A stretch of DNA of 64,000 nt, the filler included, from an uncultured bacterium (lineage in GTDB: Bacteria; CAYJOG01), in NCBI GenBank assembly GCA_964371695.1. It is 12 parts of 12 records of this genome, joined end to end, with 100 filler letters (N's around TTAATTAATTAA, not from the genome) between each part and the next. Parts side by side here need not be neighbours in the genome. Positions count along the whole stretch, not along the records: positions 37,701 to 42,949 come from CAYJOG010000231.1; positions 43,050 to 48,240 come from CAYJOG010000233.1; 10 more parts are not named here. One strand, 5' to 3'. This document shows, in pieces, positions 38,570 to 48,340 of this stretch. The stretch's first letter is position 1. Each line of letters begins with the position of its first letter. A program made the translations under genes and the position numbers. Under the pieces are notes generated by a model that had not been told where the DNA came from, searched no databases, and saw nothing but the letters and a program-made list of their open reading frames with translations.

Positions 38570-40194
38570 GCGCCCACCGCCTCTTCATAAACACGCCGGG
38601 TTTTGGCCACCATCACACTGCGCACCAGCGCCACCAGCACCATCAGCAGGGGCATCAGCAGCGTGAAGACCAGTTTGTAGCGGGGCACCTTGCTGTCCAC
38701 CTTGGGGTCGTTGGCGTCGCCATAACGACTCTCCAGTTTGGTTTTGTCCAGCGGCGCGGCCCCCAGGGTGCGGGCGCGTATTTCGGAAAGCCCGGAGTCC
38801 AGCGTCATCTGGTCCATCAGGTTCAAAAAGAAAGCCACGTTGTTGACGTTTCGCCCCTGGCCCAGGCCCACGGCGTCTTCCAGCATCTTGGCGCTGGTGA
38901 CCACCAGAACCTGACTGGTGGCCTTGGGCTGGCGCAGCCGCTCCTGGCCCTCCGGCACGCCCGCCGGGGCGGGGCCGCTGTAAAACGCCGGGATTTTTCC
39001 TTTCACCAACGCGGCCAGCAGCTTGGGGCGGCCGTCTCCGGGGCGTTGCATCAGGGCAGGATTGGGCTGAATATCAAAGGGTTCGGCCACCGTCCAACTG
39101 TCGGCGGTGCTTTGCAAAAGCTCTTTCAGGCTCACGCCTTTGGGGGGTTCGCCCTTGATCATTTCACCCGGCCAGGGCATCACCACACCCGGCCCCACGT
39201 TGCTCATGGCCTGCACCTTGCGGTTGATGCCCTGCGGGGCGATGGTGACAAAAAACGGGTATTGCACAATGCTCATCATGCCCATGCCCTGTGGAAACTG
39301 AACCATCTGGCTGGACCTGTCCGCCACCAGATTGCCCGTGAGGCGCAGACCCAGGTGAGATATCCAGGCGTCCAGGCCATGAATGGCGCGGGAGGGCATG
39401 GGGCTGTTTTTGGACTGGTCCAGCGTGTCCACAAACACCGCCACGCTGCCGCCACGCATCACAAACTGGTCCAACAGATAGACGTCCTTTTCGGTGAAGG
39501 GGCTGGTGGGGCCCAGAACGATCAGGGTTTTTACCGCCGGGGGAATCATCGGCTCCCGCACCAGGTCCACGTCCTGCACCGCATACTGATCCGCCAGCTT
39601 GGTGCGGATGAGTTGCGTGGCCTGGGCCGTGGACTCGCCGTGGCCGGTGCTGAACCCCAGCACGGGGTTTTCCTCGCGCACCAGTTTCAGCACGCGGCTC
39701 ATCAGTTCATATTCCAGGTTCTGAAGATTCTGCGGGCTGAACATGGGGATGCGCTCGGTTTTGTCCTTGTAGGTCATGGACAAACCCATGAAGCCATAAA
39801 TGGTGGTTTGCTGGTCTTTGTCCAGCACGGTGAAGGGGGCCTCGGCAATGCCTTCTTCACGGGCTTTCTGTTTCAGGATGTCGCTTTTGGTGGGGTCCTG
39901 AAAAGAGAAGTTCACCCGGCCGTTGCTGAAGATGCGAAACTCGGTGAGCAGGTCTTCGATATCGCGGCGGATGCTGGAAAGTTCCGGCGGCAGCTTGTCA
40001 GACAGGTACACGTTCACCGTCAGGATGTCATCCAGCCCCCGCAGGGTTTTTTTGCTCACGTCGCCAATGGTGTAGAGCTTTTTGTCGGTCAGGTCGGCGC
40101 GCAGGTGAAAGGTGCCCACCAGCGCCTGGGCCGCCACCACCACGGCCAGCACCAGCAACAGACCCGCAAGCGTGGTGAGGGTGGGCCGTTTCAT
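38566..40194 (-). CDS. GldG-like ABC transporter auxiliary component
   Basis: RADLTDKKLYT, LEYELMS, FSTGHGE, LDQFVMRGG and FFLNLMD motifs; TM segments at both ends. Confidence 0.85.
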   Translation of the reverse strand: MKRPTLTTLAGLLLVLAVVVAAQALVGTFHLRADLTDKKLYTIGDVSKKTLRGLDDILTVNVYLSDKLPPELSSIRRDIEDLLTEFRIFSNGRVNFSFQDPTKSDILKQKAREEGIAEAPFTVLDKDQQTTIYGFMGLSMTYKDKTERIPMFSPQNLQNLEYELMSRVLKLVREENPVLGFSTGHGESTAQATQLIRTKLADQYAVQDVDLVREPMIPPAVKTLIVLGPTSPFTEKDVYLLDQFVMRGGSVAVFVDTLDQSKNSPMPSRAIHGLDAWISHLGLRLTGNLVADRSSQMVQFPQGMGMMSIVQYPFFVTIAPQGINRKVQAMSNVGPGVVMPWPGEMIKGEPPKGVSLKELLQSTADSWTVAEPFDIQPNPALMQRPGDGRPKLLAALVKGKIPAFYSGPAPAGVPEGQERLRQPKATSQVLVVTSAKMLEDAVGLGQGRNVNNVAFFLNLMDQMTLDSGLSEIRARTLGAAPLDKTKLESRYGDANDPKVDSKVPRYKLVFTLLMPLLMVLVALVRSVMVAKTRRVYEEAVGA

Positions 40195-40937
40195 CGTGTC
40201 AACCTCAGCCACAACACATTGGCCACCAGAAAAACCACGCTCACGCCGGTGTAATAGGTGATGTCCTTCAGGTCCAGCACGCCCCGGCTGATGTCCTGAA
40301 AATGCGAGAACAGCGAAACCTCCTGCGACAGCCGCACCAGCGCCGAGGCCGTGCCCATGAACACCGTGACGATGGGTGTGCCCAATATGGCCAGGGGAAT
40401 GAGAATGGCGTAACCCAGCAGCAGCGCCACAATCTGGTTGGTGCTGAGCAGGCTCACGAACAAACCCACTGCGGCCACCGTCGCCGCCAGAAACACCGAA
40501 GCGATGTAACCAGCTGCCACCGCGCCTGCGTCCAGGTCTCCCAGGCGCGAGGCCATCAGGGGCAGGTCCAGCGTGCTCAGCAGCACCACCACCAGAAACA
40601 GCGTGGCCGCCAGCCATTTGCCCAGCACCAGTTGCAGTTCGGTGAGGGGCAGCGTGCTGAGTATCTCCATGGTGCCGCTGCGGCGTTCTTCTGCAAACAG
40701 CCGCATGGTGAGCGGTGGGCCGAGAATGAGAAACGCCCAGGGCAAGGGAAACGCCGCCAGAATGGGCACCTGAATGGGGTCAAACAGAATGCGCAGGGTG
40801 GCCTGGCCCTGCACAAAAAAGAGCTTCAGAAAATAAAAATGCAGCGCCAGCGAGGTGAGGGTGAGAAACACAATGCCCAGGGGCGTGGCGAAATACTCCC
40901 GCCACTCTTTTTGAAACACCGCCAGCACACCCTTCAT
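40191..40937 (-). CDS. ABC-2 permease (GldF-like)
   Basis: KEWREYFATP, TMRLFAEERRSGTMEIL and HFQDISRGVLD motifs. Confidence 0.9.
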   Translation of the reverse strand: MKGVLAVFQKEWREYFATPLGIVFLTLTSLALHFYFLKLFFVQGQATLRILFDPIQVPILAAFPLPWAFLILGPPLTMRLFAEERRSGTMEILSTLPLTELQLVLGKWLAATLFLVVVLLSTLDLPLMASRLGDLDAGAVAAGYIASVFLAATVAAVGLFVSLLSTNQIVALLLGYAILIPLAILGTPIVTVFMGTASALVRLSQEVSLFSHFQDISRGVLDLKDITYYTGVSVVFLVANVLWLRLTR

Positions 40938-41896
40938 GCTTTGCCCCCCTGGCCGCGGGTGAGGTCGCGGAAAACCTGATCCAGGCTGATGGTTTCCGTG
41001 CTGAGGTGCCGCAGCCGCCAGCCTTTGACCACGCACAGATCAAACACACCGGCGCACAGGTCTTCGCCTTCTTCCTCGCTGGCGCTCAGCGACAGACCCA
41101 GCCAGTCGCCGTGGGTGTGGCCTTTGTGGTCGGTCACGGCCCGCACGGCTTTCATTTCCATCAGCGCCTCACGCACCGCCTGGGGCGACGCCCCGGCGGC
41201 CACCTGCACCCGCACCAGCAGCGAACCCTTTGACCCAGCCAGCAGGTCACCCGGCGCGCCTTCGGCGGCCACGCGGCCCTGGTTGATGATGTAAAGCCGG
41301 TGGGCAATGGCCTGTATTTCGCTGAGGATGTGCGTGGACCACAAAATCGCCTTGTCCTTGGCCAGTTCCTTGATGTAGTCGCGGGCGTCCTGGGCCTGAT
41401 TGGGGTCCAGACCGCTGGTGGGTTCGTCCAGAATCAGCACCGGCGGATTGTGGAGCAGCGCCTGGGCCAACCCCACCCGTTGCCGCAGACCCTTGCTGAG
41501 GGTGCCGATGGGGCGTTTGAAATACTGTTTCAGTTCCAGTTGCGACAGCACACGGTCAATGGCCGACTTGGCGTCTTCTTTGGCCAACCCCCGCACTTTG
41601 GCGATGAACGCCAGATGATGCTCCACCGTGGTGTCGGGTTAAATGGGGTTGTTGTCTGGCAGATAGCCGAGTTGCTGGCGACTTTCCAGCGAACGTTCCA
41701 CCACGTCAAAGCCGCCCACGCTGGCGCGGCCGCTGTTGGGCAAAAGCGCGCCGGTCAAAAGACGCATGGTGGTGGTCTTGCCCGCGCCGTTGGGCCCCAG
41801 CAGCCCCACAAGCTCTCCTTTTTCCACCCGCAAAGAGACACCATCCACGGCCTGAACCGAACCAAACCGGCGGGTGAGTTGCAGGGCTTCAATCAC
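40934..41896 (-). pseudogene. GldA-like ABC transporter ATP-binding protein with one in-frame TAA (41639..41641)
   Basis: GPNGAGKT before the stop and LSKGLRQRV, ILDEP after it are in the same frame: GYLPDNNPI*PDTTVEHHL. Confidence 0.85.
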
Positions 41897-41928
41897 GGCG
41901 CTTTATTTAAGGGCCAACAGCTTTTCTG

Positions 41929-42949
41929 TCAAGGGTGAAACAGGGCCGGGAGCAGATTGGTCAGGTCTTCTTCCGCCCATTCAAACCGCCAGCGGATGCG
42001 CGGGGCCATCAGCGGAACCTGCCACGGACCAAGAGACATCAGCTTCACCAGGTCTTTTTCGGTGCAGAGCAGCACACCCCCCGCAGGTACGGTGGCCTGC
42101 AAGCGAGATTTGTCCTTTAACGAGAACCCATGGTGGTCCCTATAAATCTTTTGCCCCCGAATCACCACCCCCAGCCGCCGGGCGGTTTCCACAAACCGTT
42201 CTGGCCGGGCGATGGCGCAGACCAGCAGGGCCTCTTTGCCTTTCAACACCTCAGCGGGCAGCAATGCCCCTGGGTTTTCAGCATCCACCACACCTTCCAC
42301 AGCCACACCCCCACCAGCCACCACACCATGGGGATTAAACGTGGCAAAGCGGTTGGCCAGAGCCTGCCGGGCTGCGGGGGTGACGCCTTCCAGACCCGTG
42401 AGCACCAGGGCCTGGGCGCGGCAGAGCGCCAGGGTTGGCTCGCGCAGCGGACCAAAAGGCAGCAGCCGACTGTTGCCAAAAGGCTGATGGGCGTTCAACA
42501 GCACGATATCCAAATCCCGCTTCAGCCACAGGTGCTGAAAACCGTCGTCCAGCACCAGCACACTGATGTTTTTCTCGCGCCGCAGCAGTTCGCCGCTCTC
42601 ATACCGGTTTGGCCCCACCGCCACGTGGGCCACGCCCTGCAACGACCGGGCCAGCAAAGCCCCTTCGTCGCTCACCTGAGCGGGCGTGTCCTCTGGCTGA
42701 ACCAGACAGGAATGTTCCAGCCTGAGGGGATAACCCCGGCTGGCCACCCCCACCGTGTGCCCCTGGGCCGCCAGTTGTCTGGCCAGCCACAGGGTAAAGG
42801 GTGTTTTGCCGGCGCCCCCCACCGTGATGTTGCCCACGCTGATGACGGGAAAGGGTAAAGTCTTCTGGCCCGCCAGGGCTTTGGCCTGACGCCCTTGCAG
42901 AAGCTTCATGTAAACCTTGTCCAGCACGGTGCGCTGGCCATGGTGGCAC
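41929..42949 (-). CDS. lpxK: Tetraacyldisaccharide 4'-kinase (5' end at contig edge)
   Basis: VISVGNITVGGAGKTP, SRGY, LDDGFQH, LLPFGPLRE and CTEKD motifs. Confidence 0.95.
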
Positions 42950-43049
42950 NNNNNNNNNNNNNNNNNNNNNNNNNNNNNNNNNNNNNNNNNNNNTTAATTA
43001 ATTAANNNNNNNNNNNNNNNNNNNNNNNNNNNNNNNNNNNNNNNNNNNN

Positions 43050-43339
43050 ACATGGTGCATTTTCTGCACCTGTTGTGGCCTCGCTATGGCGGCGCGCTCA
43101 TGGGGTTTCTGGGGGCGGGGGCAGAGTCGCCAGAGGCGTTCATGGCGCAGGTGCAGCGGCGATTTTCCCTGCGGGAAGACAACGACGGCCTGGCCCGCAC
43201 CACGCAGTTTTTGTTCAAGGCGCTGGACCAGGGGAAAATTCTCTTTACCCTCACCGAAGAAGACGAAGCCGCCATGCCCGACGAACAACCCGACAATCCT
43301 GTTATTTCTCACACCGGGGTGGACCCATGGGCTGGTTAG
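43050..43339 (+). CDS. Hypothetical protein, C-terminal fragment
   Basis: Open frame with host-like codon usage, overlapping the ftsY start. Confidence 0.45.
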
Positions 43340-44478
43340 ACCGTTTTCGCCTGCGCAAACCGGTGGAAGAAACACCACCGGAAACCCCGGCAGAAGCCGC
43401 CGCGCCCGCGCTGCCGCCGGTGACGGAAACCCCCGCTGCGCCAGCGCCCCCGGCCCCGCCGCCCGCCCTCACGCCGCCACCTTTTTTGTCAGAGCCGCCT
43501 GCTGCCCTCCCCGCTGAACCCGCCCCCGCGCCCGCGCCGCCCGTGAGTCTGCTCAACCGCTTCAAGGCGGGCTTAAGCCGCACCCGTAACGCCATGGTGA
43601 GCAAGGTGCGGGGTGTGTTCAGCCGTCACCGCAACATCACCGAGGCGCTTTGGGAAGATTTGCTCGACGCCCTGCTGGAGGCCGACGTGGGCCACGAAAC
43701 CGCCCAGATGCTGGTGGACCGCACCCGCGCCCTGGTGCGCGAAAGCCGCATCACCGAGCCAAAAGAGGTGGAGGCCGCGTTGCAGGAGGCCGTGCGCGAA
43801 ACCGTCACGGCCCACCGCCCCGCGCCGCTTGAGGGCCGCCGCGTGTTGCTGGTGCTGGGGGTGAACGGCGTGGGCAAAACCACCACCATCGCCAAGCTGT
43901 CACATTATTTTTCGCAAAAGGGTGAGCGGGTGCTGGTGGCGGCGGCGGACACTTTCCGCGCCGGGGCCATCGAGCAGTTGCGCCTGTGGAGTGAACGGGT
44001 GGGGGTGGATTTTGTGCCCTCCACCGAAGGGCAGGACCCCAGCGCCGTGGTGTATCAGGCCCTGGCGCGGTTTCACAAAGAGGGCCAGGACGTGCTCATT
44101 GTGGACACCGCCGGACGCCTGCACACCCGCGCCCCGCTGATGGAAGAACTCAAAAAGATGCACCGCGTGGCTGGCAAACAGGCCCAGGACCTGCCCATCC
44201 GCACCCTGCTGGTGCTCGACGCCCACACGGGCCAGAACGCCATCCGTCAGGCCGAGGCGTTCAAGGAGGCCTGTCAGGTGGAGGAACTGGTGCTCACCAA
44301 GCTGGACGGCACCCCCAAGGGGGGCGCGGTGGTGGCCATCTGCCACAAGCTGGGGCTGCCGGTGGCCTGGGTGGGTCTGGGCGAAAAGCTGGAAGACCTG
44401 CGGCCCTTTGATGGCGAACGCTTCAGTCAGGCCCTGTTTGAGGGACTTGGCGAAAGCCCCGAAGAGGAGGAAGCTTAG
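43327..44478 (+). CDS. ftsY: Signal recognition particle receptor FtsY
   Basis: [22 protein letters not shown] and [10 protein letters not shown] motifs; Pro/Ala-rich N-terminus. Confidence 0.96.
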   Translation: MGWLDRFRLRKPVEETPPETPAEAAAPALPPVTETPAAPAPPAPPPALTPPPFLSEPPAALPAEPAPAPAPPVSLLNRFKAGLSRTRNAMVSKVRGVFSRHRNITEALWEDLLDALLEADVGHETAQMLVDRTRALVRESRITEPKEVEAALQEAVRETVTAHRPAPLEGRRVLLVLGVNGVGKTTTIAKLSHYFSQKGERVLVAAADTFRAGAIEQLRLWSERVGVDFVPSTEGQDPSAVVYQALARFHKEGQDVLIVDTAGRLHTRAPLMEELKKMHRVAGKQAQDLPIRTLLVLDAHTGQNAIRQAEAFKEACQVEELVLTKLDGTPKGGAVVAICHKLGLPVAWVGLGEKLEDLRPFDGERFSQALFEGLGESPEEEEA

Positions 44479-44564
44479 GGCGTGTTTGGGCTGAGGGGAA
44501 AAATGGAAATTTGGGTTCCACTGGTGGAGGCGGAAGTTTGCCTGCCGGAAAATTGCCTGAATTT

Positions 44565-44720
44565 ACCCTCTCCCGTGTTTTGCATGGGAGAGGGTGGCGC
44601 ACCGCGCCGGGTGAGGGCGATATGAAAAGTAAAAACCGAACAAGGTTTTTGTCTTTTTTTTCTCATGCCCTCATCCGGCCTACGGCCACCTTCTCCCATC
44701 CTTCGGGCGGGAGAAGGGAA
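44565..44720. repeat. Inverted pair of CCCTCTCCC-family hairpin repeats
   Basis: Layout closely resembles the interior of the 2509..2974 element. Confidence 0.7.
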
Positions 44721-44798
44721 CGATGGGGGCTTTTTCTTTTTCCGACCTCCAGTTTTCTTCTTCAAACTCCTTCCTTTCGAGGGAATAACGCCAGCGTG

Positions 44799-45911
44799 AT
44801 GTCCCGTGTCTGTACACTTCTCGCACTATGTCTGGGCCTCTTTTGGGCGGGTCAGGCCCTGGCCGCCGAGTCACTTTCGATATCCTCTCCCACACCGCCC
44901 GACGAGCCTTTTGTGCCGCCGGTGGAACTGAGCGATTCCGTCATCACCATTCCCACGCCGCCCCAGCGCCAGCCCGCCATTGCCCGTGCGGGCACAGCCA
45001 CCGACCCGGTGGAGCTGCGCTCGCCCCCGTTGCGCGAAAAACTGCTGGACTTTTTGCCCGCTGACCTCGACGGCGACGGTTTTGACGAACTGGTGTTGCT
45101 GGGGGCGCGTTTTCTGGCGGTGTGGCGATACGAAAAAAAGGCCTTCACCGAAATCTACAAGGTGAACTTCAAGCGTTATTACCCGGCCCGCGTCACCACC
45201 GGGCGGCTGGCGGCCCAGGACACCGACAACGACGGCGCGGCGGAAGTGTTCATCAGCCTTTCCACTGCCCGGCAGGGGGGCGTGTTCCGCTGGCAAGAGG
45301 GTGTGTTGGCCAAAATCGCCCCGCTGGAGGGCACGCCCGTGGCCTTTGACGAAAACGGCAACGGCCTGTTTGCCCAGTTTGGCGCGCCCTTCACTTTGTC
45401 CGGCGCTTCGGCCAAATGGAAAAACCTGACCACTGACCAGCCCGTCAGCACGTTTCTGCCCCCCATGGAAGATTTTCTGGAACTGGACCGGCAGGTGGGC
45501 GGCGGCCTGCCTTTTTTCACCATGCTCGACAAAAACCAGCAGCTCAAGGTGCGCAGCCAGAACGGCCTGAAAGTGTGGATGAAAGACCGTGTGGGCCTGG
45601 GGCTGGCGGTGACGGCGGGCCAGCAGCCGGGGCATCTGGTCATATTCAACAGCCAGTTCACGCTGGACCCGGCCAAAGACGCCCTGCGCGCCACTTATTT
45701 TGACCGCCGCCAGCTCATTGCCGTGTGGCAGGGCAAGCCCCTGGGTGGGCGTGTCACCCGCCTGCACCTGGGCGATTACGACGGTGACGGTGTGCAGGAA
45801 CTGCTGGCCCTGGTGGAGCGAGGACAGTTTCCGTTTTTTGAAACCTCACTGGTGGCGGTGGACCTCAGCAAAGTCCCGGCGGTGGCGGGACGGGCGGTGC
45901 TCAGGCCATGA
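44799..45911 (+). CDS. Secreted FG-GAP/VCBS-repeat protein
   Basis: Signal peptide; ADLDGDGFDEL, DTDNDGAAEV and GDYDGDGVQEL repeats. Confidence 0.8.
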   Translation: MSRVCTLLALCLGLFWAGQALAAESLSISSPTPPDEPFVPPVELSDSVITIPTPPQRQPAIARAGTATDPVELRSPPLREKLLDFLPADLDGDGFDELVLLGARFLAVWRYEKKAFTEIYKVNFKRYYPARVTTGRLAAQDTDNDGAAEVFISLSTARQGGVFRWQEGVLAKIAPLEGTPVAFDENGNGLFAQFGAPFTLSGASAKWKNLTTDQPVSTFLPPMEDFLELDRQVGGGLPFFTMLDKNQQLKVRSQNGLKVWMKDRVGLGLAVTAGQQPGHLVIFNSQFTLDPAKDALRATYFDRRQLIAVWQGKPLGGRVTRLHLGDYDGDGVQELLALVERGQFPFFETSLVAVDLSKVPAVAGRAVLRP

Positions 45912-47317
45912 AGCGGGGTACGAAACACATAGCCCTTTGGCTGTTGCTGGCGGCGCTTCTCGCCCTGCCGCGCCCCGCGCCGGTGCGGGCCTCGCGGGTG
46001 CCGCCTTTCGGGGGGGCGCTGCGCCTGGGCATCCCCAAAGATTTCACACCCAAAAAGACAGACCCGCTGCTCTATGGCCGCACCTATGAGGGCCGCCTCA
46101 TCACGCTGCTCACCCACAACGGCCTCTATCAGCTCAACCCCCAGGGCGAGGCCGTGGCCATGCTGGTGGCGGGTGAAAAAATCTCGCCCGACGGCAAAAT
46201 CTGGCTGCTCACGCTGCGTCAGGACGTGATGTTTCACAGCGGCAAACTGCTCAACGCCAAAGACGTGGTGTATACCCTGCAACGGGCCGCCATGGACAAA
46301 ACCAGCGGTCCTCTGCTCTCGGCGCTGTGGGGCGCGCCCCGCGACCCCGCCGTCACCGCCGTGGACCCCTACACCGTGCGCATCGTGCTGAGGCGGCCAG
46401 AGCCGCGCCTGCGCCACCTGCTGGCCCAGCCCGGCCTGTTTGTGGTGCAGGCGAATCTGGAAAAACTCGGCCCCGGCAGTTGGGGCACGGGGGCCTTCAT
46501 GCTGGCCAAAGACAAACCCGGCGTGCTCAGGGCCTTTGAGGGCCACTGGGGCGGGCGGCCTTATCTGAACGAAATCCGGCTGGTGGAAATCAGCGCGCCA
46601 GAGGAAACCCTGCTGGCCTTCAAACGCCAGCAGATGGACGCCCTGGTGCTGCAACCCGCCCAGGCGGCGGGGCTGAAGGCCAACCTCACGCCCACGTCGC
46701 TGCCCCAACTGGTGTCGCTGGAGTTCGGGTGTTCACTGAAGCCCGAAGAGCGCCGTGTGCTGGCCCAGAGCGCCCCGGCGGCGGACCTGCTGAAAGTATA
46801 TTTCCGCCAAAAGGGCCGCACCGTGAACAGCGTGTTCGAGGGCCTGGGGCAACCCAAGGTGAAGTTCACCCCCCCTCAGGTGCGGGAGCCTTTGCTCAAA
46901 ACCCTCTCCAACATGAAAAAACGCAACTGGGTCATCACCCATCACGGCCTGTGCGGCGTCACCTGCCGGGACATCGCCCACCGTCTGGCCGCCGCCCTGG
47001 AAAGCCGGGGCCTGAAGGCCGCCGTGCGCCCCCCCAAGGCGGCGCGCCGTTATGACGTGATGGTGAAAACCACTCTGCCCACCGAAAAAGACCCCCTGCC
47101 TTTGCTCAGGCAGGAGACCCGCAGCCTGTCGCGCTGTGGCCAGACCCCGCCGGTGGCCGCCAGCGCCATGCAGGTCTGGATGCAGGAAAATCTTGTGCAG
47201 ACCACCCTGCTGGCCACGCCGGTTTATTTCACGCTGGCCGGGCCTTTTTCAACGGCCCAGCCCGGCCCCTACAACGTGGTGGATCTGGAAAACCTGTGGA
47301 CGGAAAAGACCCCGTGA
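45908..47317 (+). CDS. ABC transporter substrate-binding protein, family 5 (peptide/nickel-like)
   Basis: LRQDVMFHSGKLLNAKDVVYT, VDPYTVRI, GTGAF and RPYLNEI motifs. Confidence 0.85.
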   Translation: MKRGTKHIALWLLLAALLALPRPAPVRASRVPPFGGALRLGIPKDFTPKKTDPLLYGRTYEGRLITLLTHNGLYQLNPQGEAVAMLVAGEKISPDGKIWLLTLRQDVMFHSGKLLNAKDVVYTLQRAAMDKTSGPLLSALWGAPRDPAVTAVDPYTVRIVLRRPEPRLRHLLAQPGLFVVQANLEKLGPGSWGTGAFMLAKDKPGVLRAFEGHWGGRPYLNEIRLVEISAPEETLLAFKRQQMDALVLQPAQAAGLKANLTPTSLPQLVSLEFGCSLKPEERRVLAQSAPAADLLKVYFRQKGRTVNSVFEGLGQPKVKFTPPQVREPLLKTLSNMKKRNWVITHHGLCGVTCRDIAHRLAAALESRGLKAAVRPPKAARRYDVMVKTTLPTEKDPLPLLRQETRSLSRCGQTPPVAASAMQVWMQENLVQTTLLATPVYFTLAGPFSTAQPGPYNVVDLENLWTEKTP

Positions 47318-48048
47318 ATCTTTCTCCAACGCCTTCGGTGGCGGCCTGCTCGGTGGCGCTGGATGGCCCGGCGGGCGTGGGCAAATCCACGCTGGCCAAA
47401 ATGCTGGCGGCGCGCCTGGGCCTGAGTTATGTGGACACGGGGGCGATGTACCGGGCCGTGGCGCTGCGGGCGCTGGAAACGGGCCTGAAACTGACGGACG
47501 CCCCGGCGCTGGAGGCCCTGGCCCAGGAGTTGCCTATCCGGTTTGAAACCTGCGGGGCAGCGGGCGGCATCGAAAACCGGGTGTTTCTGGAAGACCGGGA
47601 AATCACCCGCGAAATCCGCTCGCAGCGCGTGAGCGAGGCCGCCAGTGTGCTGAGCGCCCACCCGCCGGTGCGCCGGGCGCTGGTGAGTCGCCAGCAGGCG
47701 CTGGCCAGAGAGGGCCGGGGGGTGGTGATGGAAGGCCGGGACATCGGCACCGTGGTGCTGCCCCGCGCCGAGGTGAAGTTTTATCTGGTGGCAGGCGCAG
47801 AAGTCCGGGCCGAGCGGCGTTACCGGGAACTATTGGGCAACGGCGAAAACACCACACTGGAGCAGGTGCTCCACGACACGGTGGCGCGGGACGAACGGGA
47901 CTCGACACGGGCGGACAGCCCCCTCCAAAGAGCGCCCGACGCCCTGGAAGTGAACACCTCCAATCTCTCGCCCCAGGAACTGGTGGATCAGTTGGTGGCC
48001 CTGATTGAACAACGCCTGGGCGGGGCATTGCCGGGTGGGCCTGGCTGA
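47314..48048 (+). CDS. cmk: Cytidylate kinase
   Basis: DGPAGVGKST, DTGAMYR, EGRDIGTVV and RDERDSTR motifs. Confidence 0.96.
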   Translation: MNLSPTPSVAACSVALDGPAGVGKSTLAKMLAARLGLSYVDTGAMYRAVALRALETGLKLTDAPALEALAQELPIRFETCGAAGGIENRVFLEDREITREIRSQRVSEAASVLSAHPPVRRALVSRQQALAREGRGVVMEGRDIGTVVLPRAEVKFYLVAGAEVRAERRYRELLGNGENTTLEQVLHDTVARDERDSTRADSPLQRAPDALEVNTSNLSPQELVDQLVALIEQRLGGALPGGPG

Positions 48049-48110
48049 GGTTTCGCCGGATGCTTTGCCAAGCGGGCACCCGCCGTCATTCCCCAGGAAG
48101 CGGTGCAGCA

Positions 48111-48240
48111 GTAGCCACGGGCGTCTCGCCTGTGGTCCTGTCGGCGTATTTATCAATGAAGACAGGCGAGACGCCTGCCCCACTGTAATACCAATGAACA
48201 TTCAAAACAGCAGGAATGTTCATTGGTTTTAATGGCCTTG
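48111..48240. repeat. REP doublet plus palindrome D, cut at contig end
   Basis: GTAGCCACGGGCGTCTCGCCTGTGG...GACAGGCGAGACGCCTGCCCCAC; 48188..48240 identical to 4984..5036. Confidence 0.85.
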
Positions 48241-48340
48241 NNNNNNNNNNNNNNNNNNNNNNNNNNNNNNNNNNNNNNNNNNNNTTAATTAATTAANNNN
48301 NNNNNNNNNNNNNNNNNNNNNNNNNNNNNNNNNNNNNNNN

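Noticed and set aside
41639..41641. Alternative genetic code (TAA read as Tyr)
   Set aside because: TAA terminates several clear genes here (ADH, HU, radical SAM, SDR), and only one internal case was seen.
4984..48240. Palindromic ~38-bp repeats as a possible CRISPR array
   Set aside because: Copies are single and dispersed on different contigs, with no repeat-spacer periodicity and no cas genes.
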